The translations under genes were made by a program, and so were the position numbers. A DNA stretch of 64,000 nt, from positions 46,602 to 110,601 of the forward strand of contig CAYGPC010000002.1 of assembly GCA_964351705.1 (NCBI GenBank), given 5' to 3'. The notes beneath the pieces are model-generated. The model ran no database searches and was not told the origin of the DNA. It worked only from the letters and a program-made list of their open reading frames with translations. Each line of letters starts with the position of its first letter. The stretch's first letter is position 1. The DNA comes from an uncultured Legionellaceae bacterium (GTDB lineage Bacteria; Pseudomonadota; Gammaproteobacteria; UBA6186; Azoamicaceae). Below are positions 40,552 to 50,341 of the stretch, piece after piece.

Positions 40552-41521
40552 CCGAAGTCCCATGTCTGTCATAAGCTTCAATGATTTTTTGTACGACTGG
40601 ATGTCGTACCACATCACCAGATTCAAAAAAAGTATAACTGATCCCTGGAACATCCCGAAGGATCTCAATCACTTGTTTTAATCCAGATTGTTTGCCTCTA
40701 GGCAGATCAACTTGCGTAATATCACCAGTGATAACGGTAGTAGAGCTGAAACCAATACGGGTTAAAAACATTTTCATTTGTTCAACGGTAGTGTTTTGTC
40801 CTTCATCTAAAATGATAAAGGAGTCATTTAAGGTACGTCCGCGCATATAGGCGAGTGAGGCAATTTCGATAACTTGTTTTTCAATGAGTTTGCCAACCCG
40901 TTCAAACCCCAACAGTTCATAAAGCGCGTCATAGAGTGGGCGTAAATACGGATCAATTTTTTGTGCAATATCACCTGGCAAAAAACCTAAACGCTCACCT
41001 GCTTCCACTGCAGGTCTTACTAATAAAATGCGTCGGACTTTTTCTTGTTCAAGTGCTGCTACCGCGCAAGCGACAGCTAAAAACGTTTTTCCAGTGCCAG
41101 CCGGGCCGATCCCAAAATTGACATCGTGCGAGTCAATGTTGTCTAAATAGATCCCTTGATTTTTAGAACGAGGACGAACATTACCCGCTCGGGTTTTAAC
41201 TTCTTTACTATTGGACTGAATACGATTTTCTGGATGTTCATCTCCAGCACCATATTGTTGTAGAGCGAGGTGTACATTGGTTGGTGTTAGGTTAGTTCCT
41301 TGGCCTGCTTCTTCGTAGAGATCGGTGAGTACCTGACAAGCCACATTCGTAGCTTCGGGTTCACCACGTAGTTGAAAAGTATTGCCACGGTTACTGATCT
41401 CTATTTGCAGACGTCGTTCTATTTGTTTGAGATGCTCGTCAAATCGACCACAGACGCTGGCCAGCTGCTGGTTGTTCAGAGGATCTAGGATGATTTCACG
41501 GACTTTTGGGGTATTGCTCAA
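40541..41521 (-). CDS. ybeZ: PhoH-like ATPase (YbeZ)
   Basis: Walker A GPAGTGKT and the PhoH family pattern (ILDEGQN, ITGDITQVDLP). Confidence 0.93.
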   Translation of the reverse strand: MSNTPKVREIILDPLNNQQLASVCGRFDEHLKQIERRLQIEISNRGNTFQLRGEPEATNVACQVLTDLYEEAGQGTNLTPTNVHLALQQYGAGDEHPENRIQSNSKEVKTRAGNVRPRSKNQGIYLDNIDSHDVNFGIGPAGTGKTFLAVACAVAALEQEKVRRILLVRPAVEAGERLGFLPGDIAQKIDPYLRPLYDALYELLGFERVGKLIEKQVIEIASLAYMRGRTLNDSFIILDEGQNTTVEQMKMFLTRIGFSSTTVITGDITQVDLPRGKQSGLKQVIEILRDVPGISYTFFESGDVVRHPVVQKIIEAYDRHGTSDEC

Positions 41522-41574
41522 GTTTTTTTCTTAACAGTAAACATCGTCTTTTAAGAATAACCCGAAAATCGAGC

Positions 41575-42897
41575 TTAGGCTACCCATTTACCCCATAAAG
41601 TGTTTCCGGTGACCTCTAGAACTTTAATTTGGGCCATTTGGCCGATAGTTGCTTGACCTTCAAAGTTGATGACTCGATTATTATCTGTTCTTCCACACAG
41701 TGTTTTTGGATCTTTTTTAGAAGGACCTGTAACGATAACGTCTTGTAGGCTACCGATCATGCGTTGGCTGAATGCGGTGGCTTGCTGGGTTAATCGATGT
41801 TGTAGAAGACCAAGACGGTGTTTTTTGGTCTCAGGTGCTATTTCATCTATTAAACTGGCTGCTGGAGTGCCCGGTCGTGGGCTGTAGATAAAACTGAAGG
41901 ATTGATCAAATTCAAGTTCGGTAACCAGATCAAGTGTCGCTTGAAATTCCTGATCGGTCTCTCCTGGAAACCCAACAATAAAATCAGATGTGATACTGAT
42001 GTTTGGGCGGACTTGCTGCAGCCGTTTAATTTTTTCTTTGTATTGTTCCGCAGTGTGACCACGTTTCATAAGAGCTAAAATGCGGTCCGATCCACTTTGT
42101 ACTGGCAAGTGTAAGTGATCGGATAATTTAGGAATGTCAGCATAGGCTTGGATCAACCGATCGGAGAACTCCACTGGGTGAGAGGTTGTGAAACGGATCC
42201 GAAGTAAATTATCTATTTCAGCGATATAATGAATTAACAAAGCCAGATCTGCGGTTTCTTTGTTGTGCATACGGCCTTGATAGGCGTTGACATTCTGACC
42301 CAACAAGGTGATTTCACGTACACCTTTTTCGCAGAGAGTGAACACTTCATGCAATACATCGTCAAACGGGCGGCTAATTTCTTTACCACGAGTATAGGGA
42401 ACAACACAGTAAGTGCAGAATTTATTACAACCTTCCATAATCGATACGTAAGCTGCAGGCCCATTGGCATTGGGTGTAGGAAGTTTGTCAAATTTTTCAA
42501 TTAGCGGGAAAGAAATATCAACGACAGAGCGTCGTGTTTTGGTTAAAGCATTTAGCATTTCAGGGAGCCGATGTAGTGTTTGCGGTCCGAAAACTAAATC
42601 CACATAAGGTGCACGTTTTAAAATAGCACTGCCTTCTTGGCTAGCAACACATCCACCGACACCGATGACTACATTAGGACGCTTTTCCTTGAGTGCTCGA
42701 AAACGACCTAATTCTGAAAACACTTTTTCTTGCGCTTTCTCTCGAATAGAGCAGGTGTTCAATAGGAGCAGATCGGCGTTTTCAGGGGAATCAACTTTTT
42801 GTGCACCATGTGAGTCCAGGAGCAGATCGAACATACGCGTAGAATCGTAAGTGTTCATCTGGCAACCGTGAGTTTTGATGTAAACGGTTTTAATCAT
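41575..42897 (-). CDS. miaB: tRNA-2-methylthio-N6-dimethylallyladenosine synthase
   Basis: UPF0004 N-terminal domain (KTHGCQMN), radical-SAM [11 protein letters not shown] and a TRAM C-terminus. Confidence 0.96.
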   Translation of the reverse strand: MIKTVYIKTHGCQMNTYDSTRMFDLLLDSHGAQKVDSPENADLLLLNTCSIREKAQEKVFSELGRFRALKEKRPNVVIGVGGCVASQEGSAILKRAPYVDLVFGPQTLHRLPEMLNALTKTRRSVVDISFPLIEKFDKLPTPNANGPAAYVSIMEGCNKFCTYCVVPYTRGKEISRPFDDVLHEVFTLCEKGVREITLLGQNVNAYQGRMHNKETADLALLIHYIAEIDNLLRIRFTTSHPVEFSDRLIQAYADIPKLSDHLHLPVQSGSDRILALMKRGHTAEQYKEKIKRLQQVRPNISITSDFIVGFPGETDQEFQATLDLVTELEFDQSFSFIYSPRPGTPAASLIDEIAPETKKHRLGLLQHRLTQQATAFSQRMIGSLQDVIVTGPSKKDPKTLCGRTDNNRVINFEGQATIGQMAQIKVLEVTGNTLWGKWVA

Positions 42898-42915
42898 AGT
42901 TTCTTCTTGGGTATC

Positions 42916-42992
42916 TGGTGGCTATGGGTGGACTCGAACCACCGACCTCGGCATTATGAGTGCCGCGCTCTAACCAGCTGAGCTACATAGCC
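42916..42992 (-). tRNA. tRNA-Met (anticodon CAT, elongator type)
   Basis: The reverse complement GGCTATGTAGCTCAGCTGGTTAGAGCG..CGGCA-CTCATAA-TGCCG..GGTGGTTCGAGTCCACC-CATAGCC-A-CCA closely resembles enterobacterial metT. Confidence 0.85.
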
Positions 42993-43158
42993 AAAAGCGG
43001 GGGATACGAGGTTTCATTCGTATCAGTAGGGCGTATTCTCTCTGGATCAGGGGGAAATTGTCAATTACTTAAATAGTGTTAGTTTTTAAACTAATATGAA
43101 GGTCGTGATCTGCATGCTACAATGACTCTCGGAAAATAGATAGTTCACAAGGTACTTT

Positions 43159-44553
43159 ATGAAGGTTCGTACGCGTTTTGCGCCTAGTCCCACAGGGTTT
43201 TTACACGTTGGTAGCGTTCGCACCGCTTTGTATTGTTGGTTGTATGCCAAAAAGACTCAAGGCACGTTTGTACTGAGAATTGAAGATACTGATAGAGAGC
43301 GCTCCACACAGGCTAATGTTGATGCCATCTTCGAAGGTATGGAGTGGTTGGGGCTGACGTATGATGAAGGCCCTTTTTATCAAACTAAACGTTTTGATCG
43401 TTATCTGGAAGTTGCAGAACAGTTGTTACAAGCAGGCAAGGCTTACCGTTGTTATTGCACCAAAGAACGTTTGGATAGTTTGCGACAAAAACAGCAATCC
43501 GAAAAACAAAAACCTCGTTATGACGGTTGCTGCCGTTCGGTTACTGAACCGACTGATCCAAAAGCGCCTTTTGTGATTCGTTTTAAAAATCCTGAAGAAG
43601 GCACTGTGGTGATTCAAGATATGATCCATGGTGATATTAAAATTAATAATATAGAGCTAGATGATTTGATCATTGTGCGCAGTGATGGAACGCCTACCTA
43701 TAATTTCACGGTTGTGATCGACGATTGGGACATGAAAATTACCCACGTGATCCGTGGTGACGATCATATTAATAACACACCAAGACAAATCAATATATTT
43801 AATGCCTTAGGAGCCCCTTTACCTGTTTTTGCGCATATGCCAATGATCCTAGGCAGTGATGGCAAACGTTTATCTAAAAGGCATGGTGCGGTCAGTGTGC
43901 AGCAATATCGGGATGATGGAATATTGCCGGAAGCGTTAATCAACTATTTATTGCGCTTAGGTTGGTCACATGGTGATCAAGAAATATTTTCCAAGCAAGA
44001 AATGATAGAGCATTTCAGTTTGGAAAATATTAATAAATCAGCAGCGGCTTTTGATACGGAGAAACTGCTTTGGTTGAATCAACATTACTTGGTACATGGT
44101 AACCGAGACAATGCCTTAGATGAACTGCGGCAACAGTTTGAAACTTTGGGGGTTCATATTCCTGAAAACCCAGAACCTTCTTTGGAACAATTATGGACGG
44201 TACAAGGCAACCGCGCAAAGACCTTAAAAGAAATGGCAGAGAAAAGCCTATTCTTTTTTCAGGGATCTATAACGATAGATGAGAAATCAAAATCTTTATT
44301 AACAGCGGACGCTTGTGAACTTATCCGCTTATTGAAAACAGCGTTTGAATCCACTGACAATTGGCAAGCGGAAGAAATCAAAACAGTTATCAATCGGATC
44401 GCAACCGAACAGCAAGTTAAATTTCCTGAAATCGCTAAACCGTTACGGGTAATGGTCACTGGTAGCACGAGCTCCCCTTCAATTGACGTGACCCTTGAGT
44501 TGATTGGCAAAAAGCGTGTGATGCAACGCATTACTGCGGCAATAGGGGTTTGA
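43159..44553 (+). CDS. gltX: Glutamate--tRNA ligase
   Basis: HIGH-type motif (PTGFLHVGSVRTAL) and KMSKS-type motif (KRLSKRHG). Confidence 0.97.
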   Translation: MKVRTRFAPSPTGFLHVGSVRTALYCWLYAKKTQGTFVLRIEDTDRERSTQANVDAIFEGMEWLGLTYDEGPFYQTKRFDRYLEVAEQLLQAGKAYRCYCTKERLDSLRQKQQSEKQKPRYDGCCRSVTEPTDPKAPFVIRFKNPEEGTVVIQDMIHGDIKINNIELDDLIIVRSDGTPTYNFTVVIDDWDMKITHVIRGDDHINNTPRQINIFNALGAPLPVFAHMPMILGSDGKRLSKRHGAVSVQQYRDDGILPEALINYLLRLGWSHGDQEIFSKQEMIEHFSLENINKSAAAFDTEKLLWLNQHYLVHGNRDNALDELRQQFETLGVHIPENPEPSLEQLWTVQGNRAKTLKEMAEKSLFFFQGSITIDEKSKSLLTADACELIRLLKTAFESTDNWQAEEIKTVINRIATEQQVKFPEIAKPLRVMVTGSTSSPSIDVTLELIGKKRVMQRITAAIGV

Positions 44554-44625
44554 CAGCTTTCGAGTTAGTCTGTAAAATTCGGCTTTCTACTGAGCAAGGT
44601 TCCTCACAAGGGAACTTTGTTAGTA

Positions 44626-44701
<76 letters not shown>

Positions 44702-44716
44702 AAAAAATAGTTCTAT

Positions 44717-44792
44717 GTCCCCATCGTCTAGAGGCCTAGGACATCGCCCTTTCACGGCGGTAACAGGGGTTCGAATCCCCTTGGGGACGCCA
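44717..44792 (+). tRNA. tRNA-Glu (anticodon TTC)
   Basis: GTCCCCATCGTCTAGAGGCCTAGGAC..CTTTCAC loop..GGGGTTCGAATCCCC..GGGGACGCCA. Confidence 0.9.
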
Positions 44793-45001
44793 TTTTGCGT
44801 TAATTCATTGAAATATAAAGTTTTTTATGAGCTGTTTGCTGATGAGATACCAAGGATGGAACATTAGCAATGAAGTGTTTTCAGCTTACTCTCACTGTAA
44901 TTTATTAGTACGGATTCCATTAATTCTAAAATCCGTATTAAAGAGCGTGCATATCTACTATTAGGTTCTCCGCCCATGAAACAATGAAGTTACAGTTGGT
45001 G

Positions 45002-45417
45002 TTAGTGTGACGTTAACGATAAGAAATTTTTAGCCTGTAAAACAACACCTCCAGGATACTTCTCAACATCTAATAAATGTTTGTCTCCCGAAACCAAATA
45101 TTTTGCTTTTGAGGCGCAATTGCCGCTTGTAAAAACATAATATCATCTGGATCACTGCATGGGGGAGTTGGAATGTTTCCTGCATCTATAATCAGAGAGT
45201 TTGAAATGAGGAAGTTAACGATATCCAGCGATGGTTTTTCAGGCATTTTTTGTTTCTTTGAGTAACGAATAACAACCTCCAAATACTCATCAATAATATT
45301 TTTTGATAAGATAAGTTGGTATTGATTTTCAGCGATACCATCTATAATTTTGCCTGGAGTACCTCTAAAGAAAATGCCTGAAATAACAACGTTGGTGTCT
45401 ACTACAATTTTCAGCAT
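45002..45417 (-). pseudogene. PIN-domain toxin (VapC-like, TIGR00305 type) disrupted by a frameshift near codon 100
   Basis: Frame 1 (45070-45417) reads MLKIVVDTNVVISG...CSDPDDIMFLQAAIAP and then gives nonsense and a stop. The -1 frame from 45112 reads SKAKYLVSGDKHLLDVEKYPGGVVLQAKNFLSLTSH*, stopping at 45002. That is the expected PIN C-terminus including the last conserved acidic residue. Confidence 0.75.
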
Positions 45418-45740
45418 TATTTAGTTCGCTTTTTATTAGGCTCTTTAGTTGCTAGTGCTTTTTTTCTTTTTGAGGTTCTAACTGTTTTTATTGTCTCGGT
45501 AATCTCTGATTCTTCTAGACTATATTCTTTAGCTAATTGTCTCGAAGCTTTTAATAAAGATTTAAGATCCTGTGTTGGGATAGGGCTAATTTTCTTAAAA
45601 ACAATAGAATCACCAGCTGCCATCACAATAAATTTTACACCGGATTCTAGGTGCATATAATCGCGAATTTCTTCAGGGATCACAACTTGCCCCTTAGAGG
45701 TCATTTTGGTGGTCGATACATTTGAAGTTGATAAGCTCAT
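45417..45740 (-). CDS. AbrB/SpoVT/MazE-family antitoxin
   Basis: MTSKGQVVIPEEIRDYMHLESGVKFIV is a SpoVT-AbrB swapped-hairpin motif. The stop overlaps the PIN gene ATG (TAATG). Confidence 0.8.
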   Translation of the reverse strand: MSLSTSNVSTTKMTSKGQVVIPEEIRDYMHLESGVKFIVMAAGDSIVFKKISPIPTQDLKSLLKASRQLAKEYSLEESEITETIKTVRTSKRKKALATKEPNKKRTK

Positions 45741-45815
45741 AATAATCCCCTATAATCTTACTGGTAAGAATAGTATGTATTTAGAAAAAAAGCAATATTA
45801 AATAGAGTTCGTTTA

Positions 45816-46397
45816 TTAATTAACCACATCAGCAAAATAGTTGTATATCAATGATTGATGCAGGACCAAAAAATTGGACTCGAATCCCCCGTCCCCATCT
45901 TTGTCTAATCGACTGATATTAGTGTTTTCAATCTTCGATTTTTTAAAGACATTCACTCGTAATCGCCATTTTTCTGAGTACGTTCCTCTCAACTCTTGAG
46001 AAGGATTGAGAAGTCGATAGCCATATCGCAGGCCCTGAGCCAGTGTAGGGTTTGTAGTGCCCAACCGATTCTTTTGCTAACCGCCATACCCCACTTTAAT
46101 ACATAATCAACGAGCTTATCTAGAGCTATTGTTTTCAAACTTTCTTCCAATCCATACATAATTTTTACAAACCCACTACAATATTGAGGGTATGCAAAAC
46201 CTTCGACCAGTGTTCTCCCCAAGTTCCCTACTAAAAAATTTCTCTTTTTTAAACTGCATAATTTGATAGTCAATATCATCGAATACAAAACCTGCCCGCC
46301 TACCTGATTGGTCCTGTTGTGGGGTTGCTGTTTCTTTAAACGAATTTTTTTGTTTTTCACACATGTTCTTTTTTATCATAAAAACACCTATGTTCAA
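45816..46397 (-). pseudogene. AbiEi-like (COG5340) antitoxin/transcriptional regulator gene broken by at least two frameshifts
   Basis: Three overlapping minus-strand ORFs in three frames, read in series, give GRTLVEGFAYPQYCSGFVKIMYGLEESL..ALDKLVDYVLKWG.AVSKRIGWALQTL and then GLRYGYRLLNPS..GTYSEKWRLRVNV. This matches my memory of the COG5340/AbiEi C-terminal domain. No AbiEii partner is present. Confidence 0.5.
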
Positions 46398-46616
46398 CCA
46401 TCTATACCTATAATGAATAGAATGTAAGTTATTTAAATAAAATATTTTTCCAAATAATCCAATGCCTAAACAAACATTCTCAGTGGCTTGAGGTAGAATA
46501 GAACTATAAAAGTGTCATTCCACTAAGGAGAAGGAGGCACCCAGAAAGTAATTTGACTACAAGCATCTCCGTTGGCCTACAGTAATAATAGGATCAGGGT
46601 TTACATGAGGTGCTGA

Positions 46617-49547
46617 ATGTCGGGGTTTTCCTTCTATTTGCTTCTATTTAGTGCGTCAGGGTTTGCCGCACTGATCTATGAAAATGCATGGACACAATAT
46701 CTAAAACTCGTGTTGGGGCATTCAGCACACGCTCAACTGTTGGTTCTCGTTGTCTTCATGGGTGGTATGGCAATAGGTGCTTGGATCTGTGCTCACTACA
46801 GTCATCGTATTAAAAATTTATTGAAGACGTATGCTTGGATTGAATTTGCCCTGGGGGCGATGGGTATTGTATTTCATCCAATTTTTCTCAAAGTAAGCCA
46901 TTGGTTATTGGCATCATCACCTGATTTTTCTTCACTGCTTCTTGTAGAGAGTGTGACTTGGTTAACCGCGGTTGCCTTGATTTTGCCACAATCCATTTTA
47001 CTGGGCATGACTTTTCCACTGATGACAGGAGCGGTGTTGCGACGCGTCCCTAATCAAACCGGACGAACAGTATCATTACTGTATTTTATCAATAGCTTAG
47101 GTGGCGCGGGTGGTGTTTTAGTATCAGGCTATTGGCTCATTGGAGTTGTAGGGTTACCTGGAACCATATTGACGGCAGGCAGCATTAATATTCTAATTGG
47201 TTTGTTGGCTTGGATAGCAGCGAGCTCAACTGAGCAACGGTTCAAGAAAGATAAAACAACCCTACCATCAAAATCGGTATTGCCATTAACCATTTTAATG
47301 ATTGCTGGAAGTAGTGGTTTCTCAGCATTCTGTTATGAAATGGGCTGGATTCGAATGTTAAGCATGGTGATAGGATCCTCTTCGCACGCTTTTGAACTTA
47401 TGCTGAGCGCATTTATTTTTGGCTTGGCTTTTGGAAGTCTTTACGCAAAAAGGGTAATACGTAGATCAAATTCATTACTGAGATCCTTAGGGTATGCACA
47501 GTTGCTCATGGGAGTTGCTGCCTTAGTGACGCTGCCACTTTATAATTTAAGTTTTGATGTGGTCTATCTGTTAATGCGTTTTATTCCAAGAACCTCTACT
47601 GGCTACATCGCGTTTCAAATTTTATCAGAAGGGTTTTGTTTTTTATTCATGCTGCCAGCTACTTTTTTTGCAGGCATGACCTTACCACTGATAACCGAAA
47701 TATTATTAAGAAAGGGTTACGGTGAAAAGAGTCTGGGGCGCGTATACGCCTTTAACACTTTTGGCGCGATTCTGGGTGCTGTTTCGGCACAGTGGTGGTT
47801 GATGCCATGGCTTGGATTGAAAAGCGTTATTGGTGTTGGGGCATTAGTTAATATAGTCATCGGATGTTGGATTGTTTTTGCGTTGATCAAAACAGTTCAA
47901 TGGGCAGTAGGTGCGTTTTCAGTAGTCAGTGCGGCCGGTATTCTTGGATTTGTGCACCTTGATGCTTTTAAAATGAGTGCGGGTGTTTTTCGTGGAGCTA
48001 ATATTGAACAGCTATCTGAGCGAGAAGTACTGTTTCATCAAGATGGGAGGTTAGCGACTGTTTTTACCATGAAAACGCCAGACATGTTATATATTAGTAC
48101 AAATGGAAAAACAGATGCCTCGATTTCTTTAAATGCCAAACCTAGTCGAGACGAAAGTGCCCAAATATTATTGGGTGCACTTCCTTGGTCCATGTTACCC
48201 AGTGCGAAGCAAGTGGCGGTTATTGGTATTGGCTCTGGTACAACGACAGCAACTTTATTACACACAGCTTCCGTGGAATCAGTAGACACTCTTGAAATTG
48301 AGCCTGCAATGGTTGCAGGTGCAAAATTTTTCCCACACTCTGCAGCAGCTGTTTTTCATGATCCACGCAGTCATATTATCACTGAAGATGCGCGGCGTTA
48401 TTTTGCGAGGACAAAAAAACAATACGATCTCATTATATCAGAACCTTCAAACCCTTGGGTAAGTGGTGTCTCCGATCTTTTTACGGAAGAGTTTTATCAA
48501 ATTGCTTCAAAAAGATTGTCTTCAAATGGAATATTTACGCAATGGGTTGGTCTCTATGATCTGTCGCCTGAGCTTCTGGCAAGTATTATGAAAGCCTTGA
48601 GGAAAAGCTTTTCTTATTACGCCGTCTATTTGTCAGACAGTCACAATATTATTATTTGTGCATCTCAAAACAATGCTTTGCAAATACCTAGTGCTGAAAT
48701 CTTCTCCATTCCAAATGCAAAAAACTCATTGAAACGTATTGGTATATCAACGTTGGAAGATCTTGCATTGCATCGTTTAGGTAACCAAAAAGACTTGGGA
48801 GCTTTTTTTGCTACCTTTGCCACTAAAGCAAACTCTGATTACTTTCGAGTGCTAGAACAGCGTGTAGACAAAGAAAAGTTCCTTAATCTTACGGCGCTGA
48901 AACTTGCTACCCTTAAGTATATTCCGCTTCCTTTACGGTTGTTGAGTGAACAGCCTATCAATGCAGAAAGGATTGATGTGAATTCGCATTTTAATCTTTC
49001 CTATTTAGTGAAGAAGGGATTGCAATTATATGAAACTTTAGTAATAGATTCTAAAGTTGAAAGTTTTGACAGGGAAAATCATTTGATTGTCAGTACTATG
49101 GAGAATCCGTTTTCACTTTGTCAAGGTCAAGTTGGAGAGGAAGCCTGGTTGGATTCTTTTCGGCTTGTTATGGAATATACGCTTCCATTCTTATCAAAAG
49201 AAAACGCACAGCGGTTGTTTGGAAAAATTCGTCCTAAGGATTGTTTTATTGGTTCGTCTTCTAGAGTGAAAAGCTGGGTTAATCTTTACGATTATTTGAT
49301 TTATGAAGACTATGCAGCTGTTTTGCAGACGGCACAAACTATTTTGCAGGAACAAGATAACCAGATAGATCAAATTCGAGGGACTGGTTTTGCAGTATAC
49401 GCTTGTTTAAAATTGGGTAGGATCGAAGAGGCAAAAAGACTTTTAGAAAACTGTCCACGGAAACTTCGCTACGATTTACAGTTGCGTTATTTGGCAGGAT
49501 TAACTAGCTTGGCACTATATGGCACAGCAACTCATGTCAAATTCTAA
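46617..49547 (+). CDS. Fused polytopic membrane / spermidine-synthase-like (SAM-dependent aminopropyltransferase fold) / helical-repeat protein
   Basis: About 440 aa carry roughly 12 or more TM segments. These are followed by a class I MTase/SpeE-like core (VAVIGIGSGTTTATLL, DTLEIEP, DLIISEPSNPWVSG). The C-terminal ~270 aa are helical and possibly TPR-like. Confidence 0.8.
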   Translation: MSGFSFYLLLFSASGFAALIYENAWTQYLKLVLGHSAHAQLLVLVVFMGGMAIGAWICAHYSHRIKNLLKTYAWIEFALGAMGIVFHPIFLKVSHWLLASSPDFSSLLLVESVTWLTAVALILPQSILLGMTFPLMTGAVLRRVPNQTGRTVSLLYFINSLGGAGGVLVSGYWLIGVVGLPGTILTAGSINILIGLLAWIAASSTEQRFKKDKTTLPSKSVLPLTILMIAGSSGFSAFCYEMGWIRMLSMVIGSSSHAFELMLSAFIFGLAFGSLYAKRVIRRSNSLLRSLGYAQLLMGVAALVTLPLYNLSFDVVYLLMRFIPRTSTGYIAFQILSEGFCFLFMLPATFFAGMTLPLITEILLRKGYGEKSLGRVYAFNTFGAILGAVSAQWWLMPWLGLKSVIGVGALVNIVIGCWIVFALIKTVQWAVGAFSVVSAAGILGFVHLDAFKMSAGVFRGANIEQLSEREVLFHQDGRLATVFTMKTPDMLYISTNGKTDASISLNAKPSRDESAQILLGALPWSMLPSAKQVAVIGIGSGTTTATLLHTASVESVDTLEIEPAMVAGAKFFPHSAAAVFHDPRSHIITEDARRYFARTKKQYDLIISEPSNPWVSGVSDLFTEEFYQIASKRLSSNGIFTQWVGLYDLSPELLASIMKALRKSFSYYAVYLSDSHNIIICASQNNALQIPSAEIFSIPNAKNSLKRIGISTLEDLALHRLGNQKDLGAFFATFATKANSDYFRVLEQRVDKEKFLNLTALKLATLKYIPLPLRLLSEQPINAERIDVNSHFNLSYLVKKGLQLYETLVIDSKVESFDRENHLIVSTMENPFSLCQGQVGEEAWLDSFRLVMEYTLPFLSKENAQRLFGKIRPKDCFIGSSSRVKSWVNLYDYLIYEDYAAVLQTAQTILQEQDNQIDQIRGTGFAVYACLKLGRIEEAKRLLENCPRKLRYDLQLRYLAGLTSLALYGTATHVKF

Positions 49548-50282
49548 GTTGGTACCTACTTGTTTGGGTTTACCTAGCTCTGTGTAGGTGAGAAAACGTA
49601 TATTGATTCGATGTTTGTTACCACTGACTTCAGGATACGCTGTACTGTCTATAGGAAGTGATATTCTGATAAGTTGACAGGGTAATTGAGCGTCTAGCGC
49701 TCTCTGAAAAAAACCGAGTGAGGCTTTTCGTGTTTCAAACAACGCACTGTTTCGCGTCAAAGTTAAAAGTAATTCAATGGCTTTATGCAGAGGCGCGATT
49801 TCTGCCGCCCAGCGCGAGACACATTCAGACTTTACATGTGTAGGTTGGTTTAACCAGTAGTCGTATGCCGGAATATCAAATCCAGAAGTGCCACCATTGA
49901 TCATGGTTCGTTGTCGAACGCTGTTGAGCAGATCATTCTCTCGAATTTCCGAGCTGAGTTTATTGGGCAGCCGTTGAATACGCTGGGATTGCTCATTGAG
50001 TTCTTGTAAAGCTTCATTGAGTCGTGTGTGATCAACTGCGGGTGTGTCCAAAAGACGTGAAAGTCCAGCAGTGTGTCGATCCAGTTCTTTTAAAATTTCT
50101 GAACGAATATCACATCGGTCTAATACATTGAGGATCTCAATTAGCGCAGAAACACTGGCATGGCTCGCTTGCCGAGACGTACCACTTTGGAAGTAATACA
50201 ACTGAGAGAATAAATCTTCCAGTCTAAGCAGAAGTCTGATCCGTTCGTTAAGAGGTTGTTCGTATAATATAGTGCTTGACAT
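49515..50282 (-). CDS. zapD: Cell division protein ZapD
   Basis: The N-terminus [21 protein letters not shown] is typical ZapD/YacF. The gene lies downstream of coaE as in E. coli. Confidence 0.88.
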   Translation of the reverse strand: MSSTILYEQPLNERIRLLLRLEDLFSQLYYFQSGTSRQASHASVSALIEILNVLDRCDIRSEILKELDRHTAGLSRLLDTPAVDHTRLNEALQELNEQSQRIQRLPNKLSSEIRENDLLNSVRQRTMINGGTSGFDIPAYDYWLNQPTHVKSECVSRWAAEIAPLHKAIELLLTLTRNSALFETRKASLGFFQRALDAQLPCQLIRISLPIDSTAYPEVSGNKHRINIRFLTYTELGKPKQVGTNLEFDMSCCAI

Positions 50283-50341
50283 CAAGTCACTATAACAGAT
50301 CTGCTCTCATTGTCGATATCGGTTTTTTTAATCCACTTACT

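Noticed and set aside
45880-45899. TCGAATCCCC followed by GTCCCCATC resembles the T-arm and the 5' end of the nearby tRNA-Glu, which could suggest an att remnant.
   Set aside because: Only 9-10-nt blocks match, and they appear in the wrong order for a duplicated tRNA 3' end. The string lies inside the AbiEi-like reading frame (GDGGFES). I consider it coincidental.
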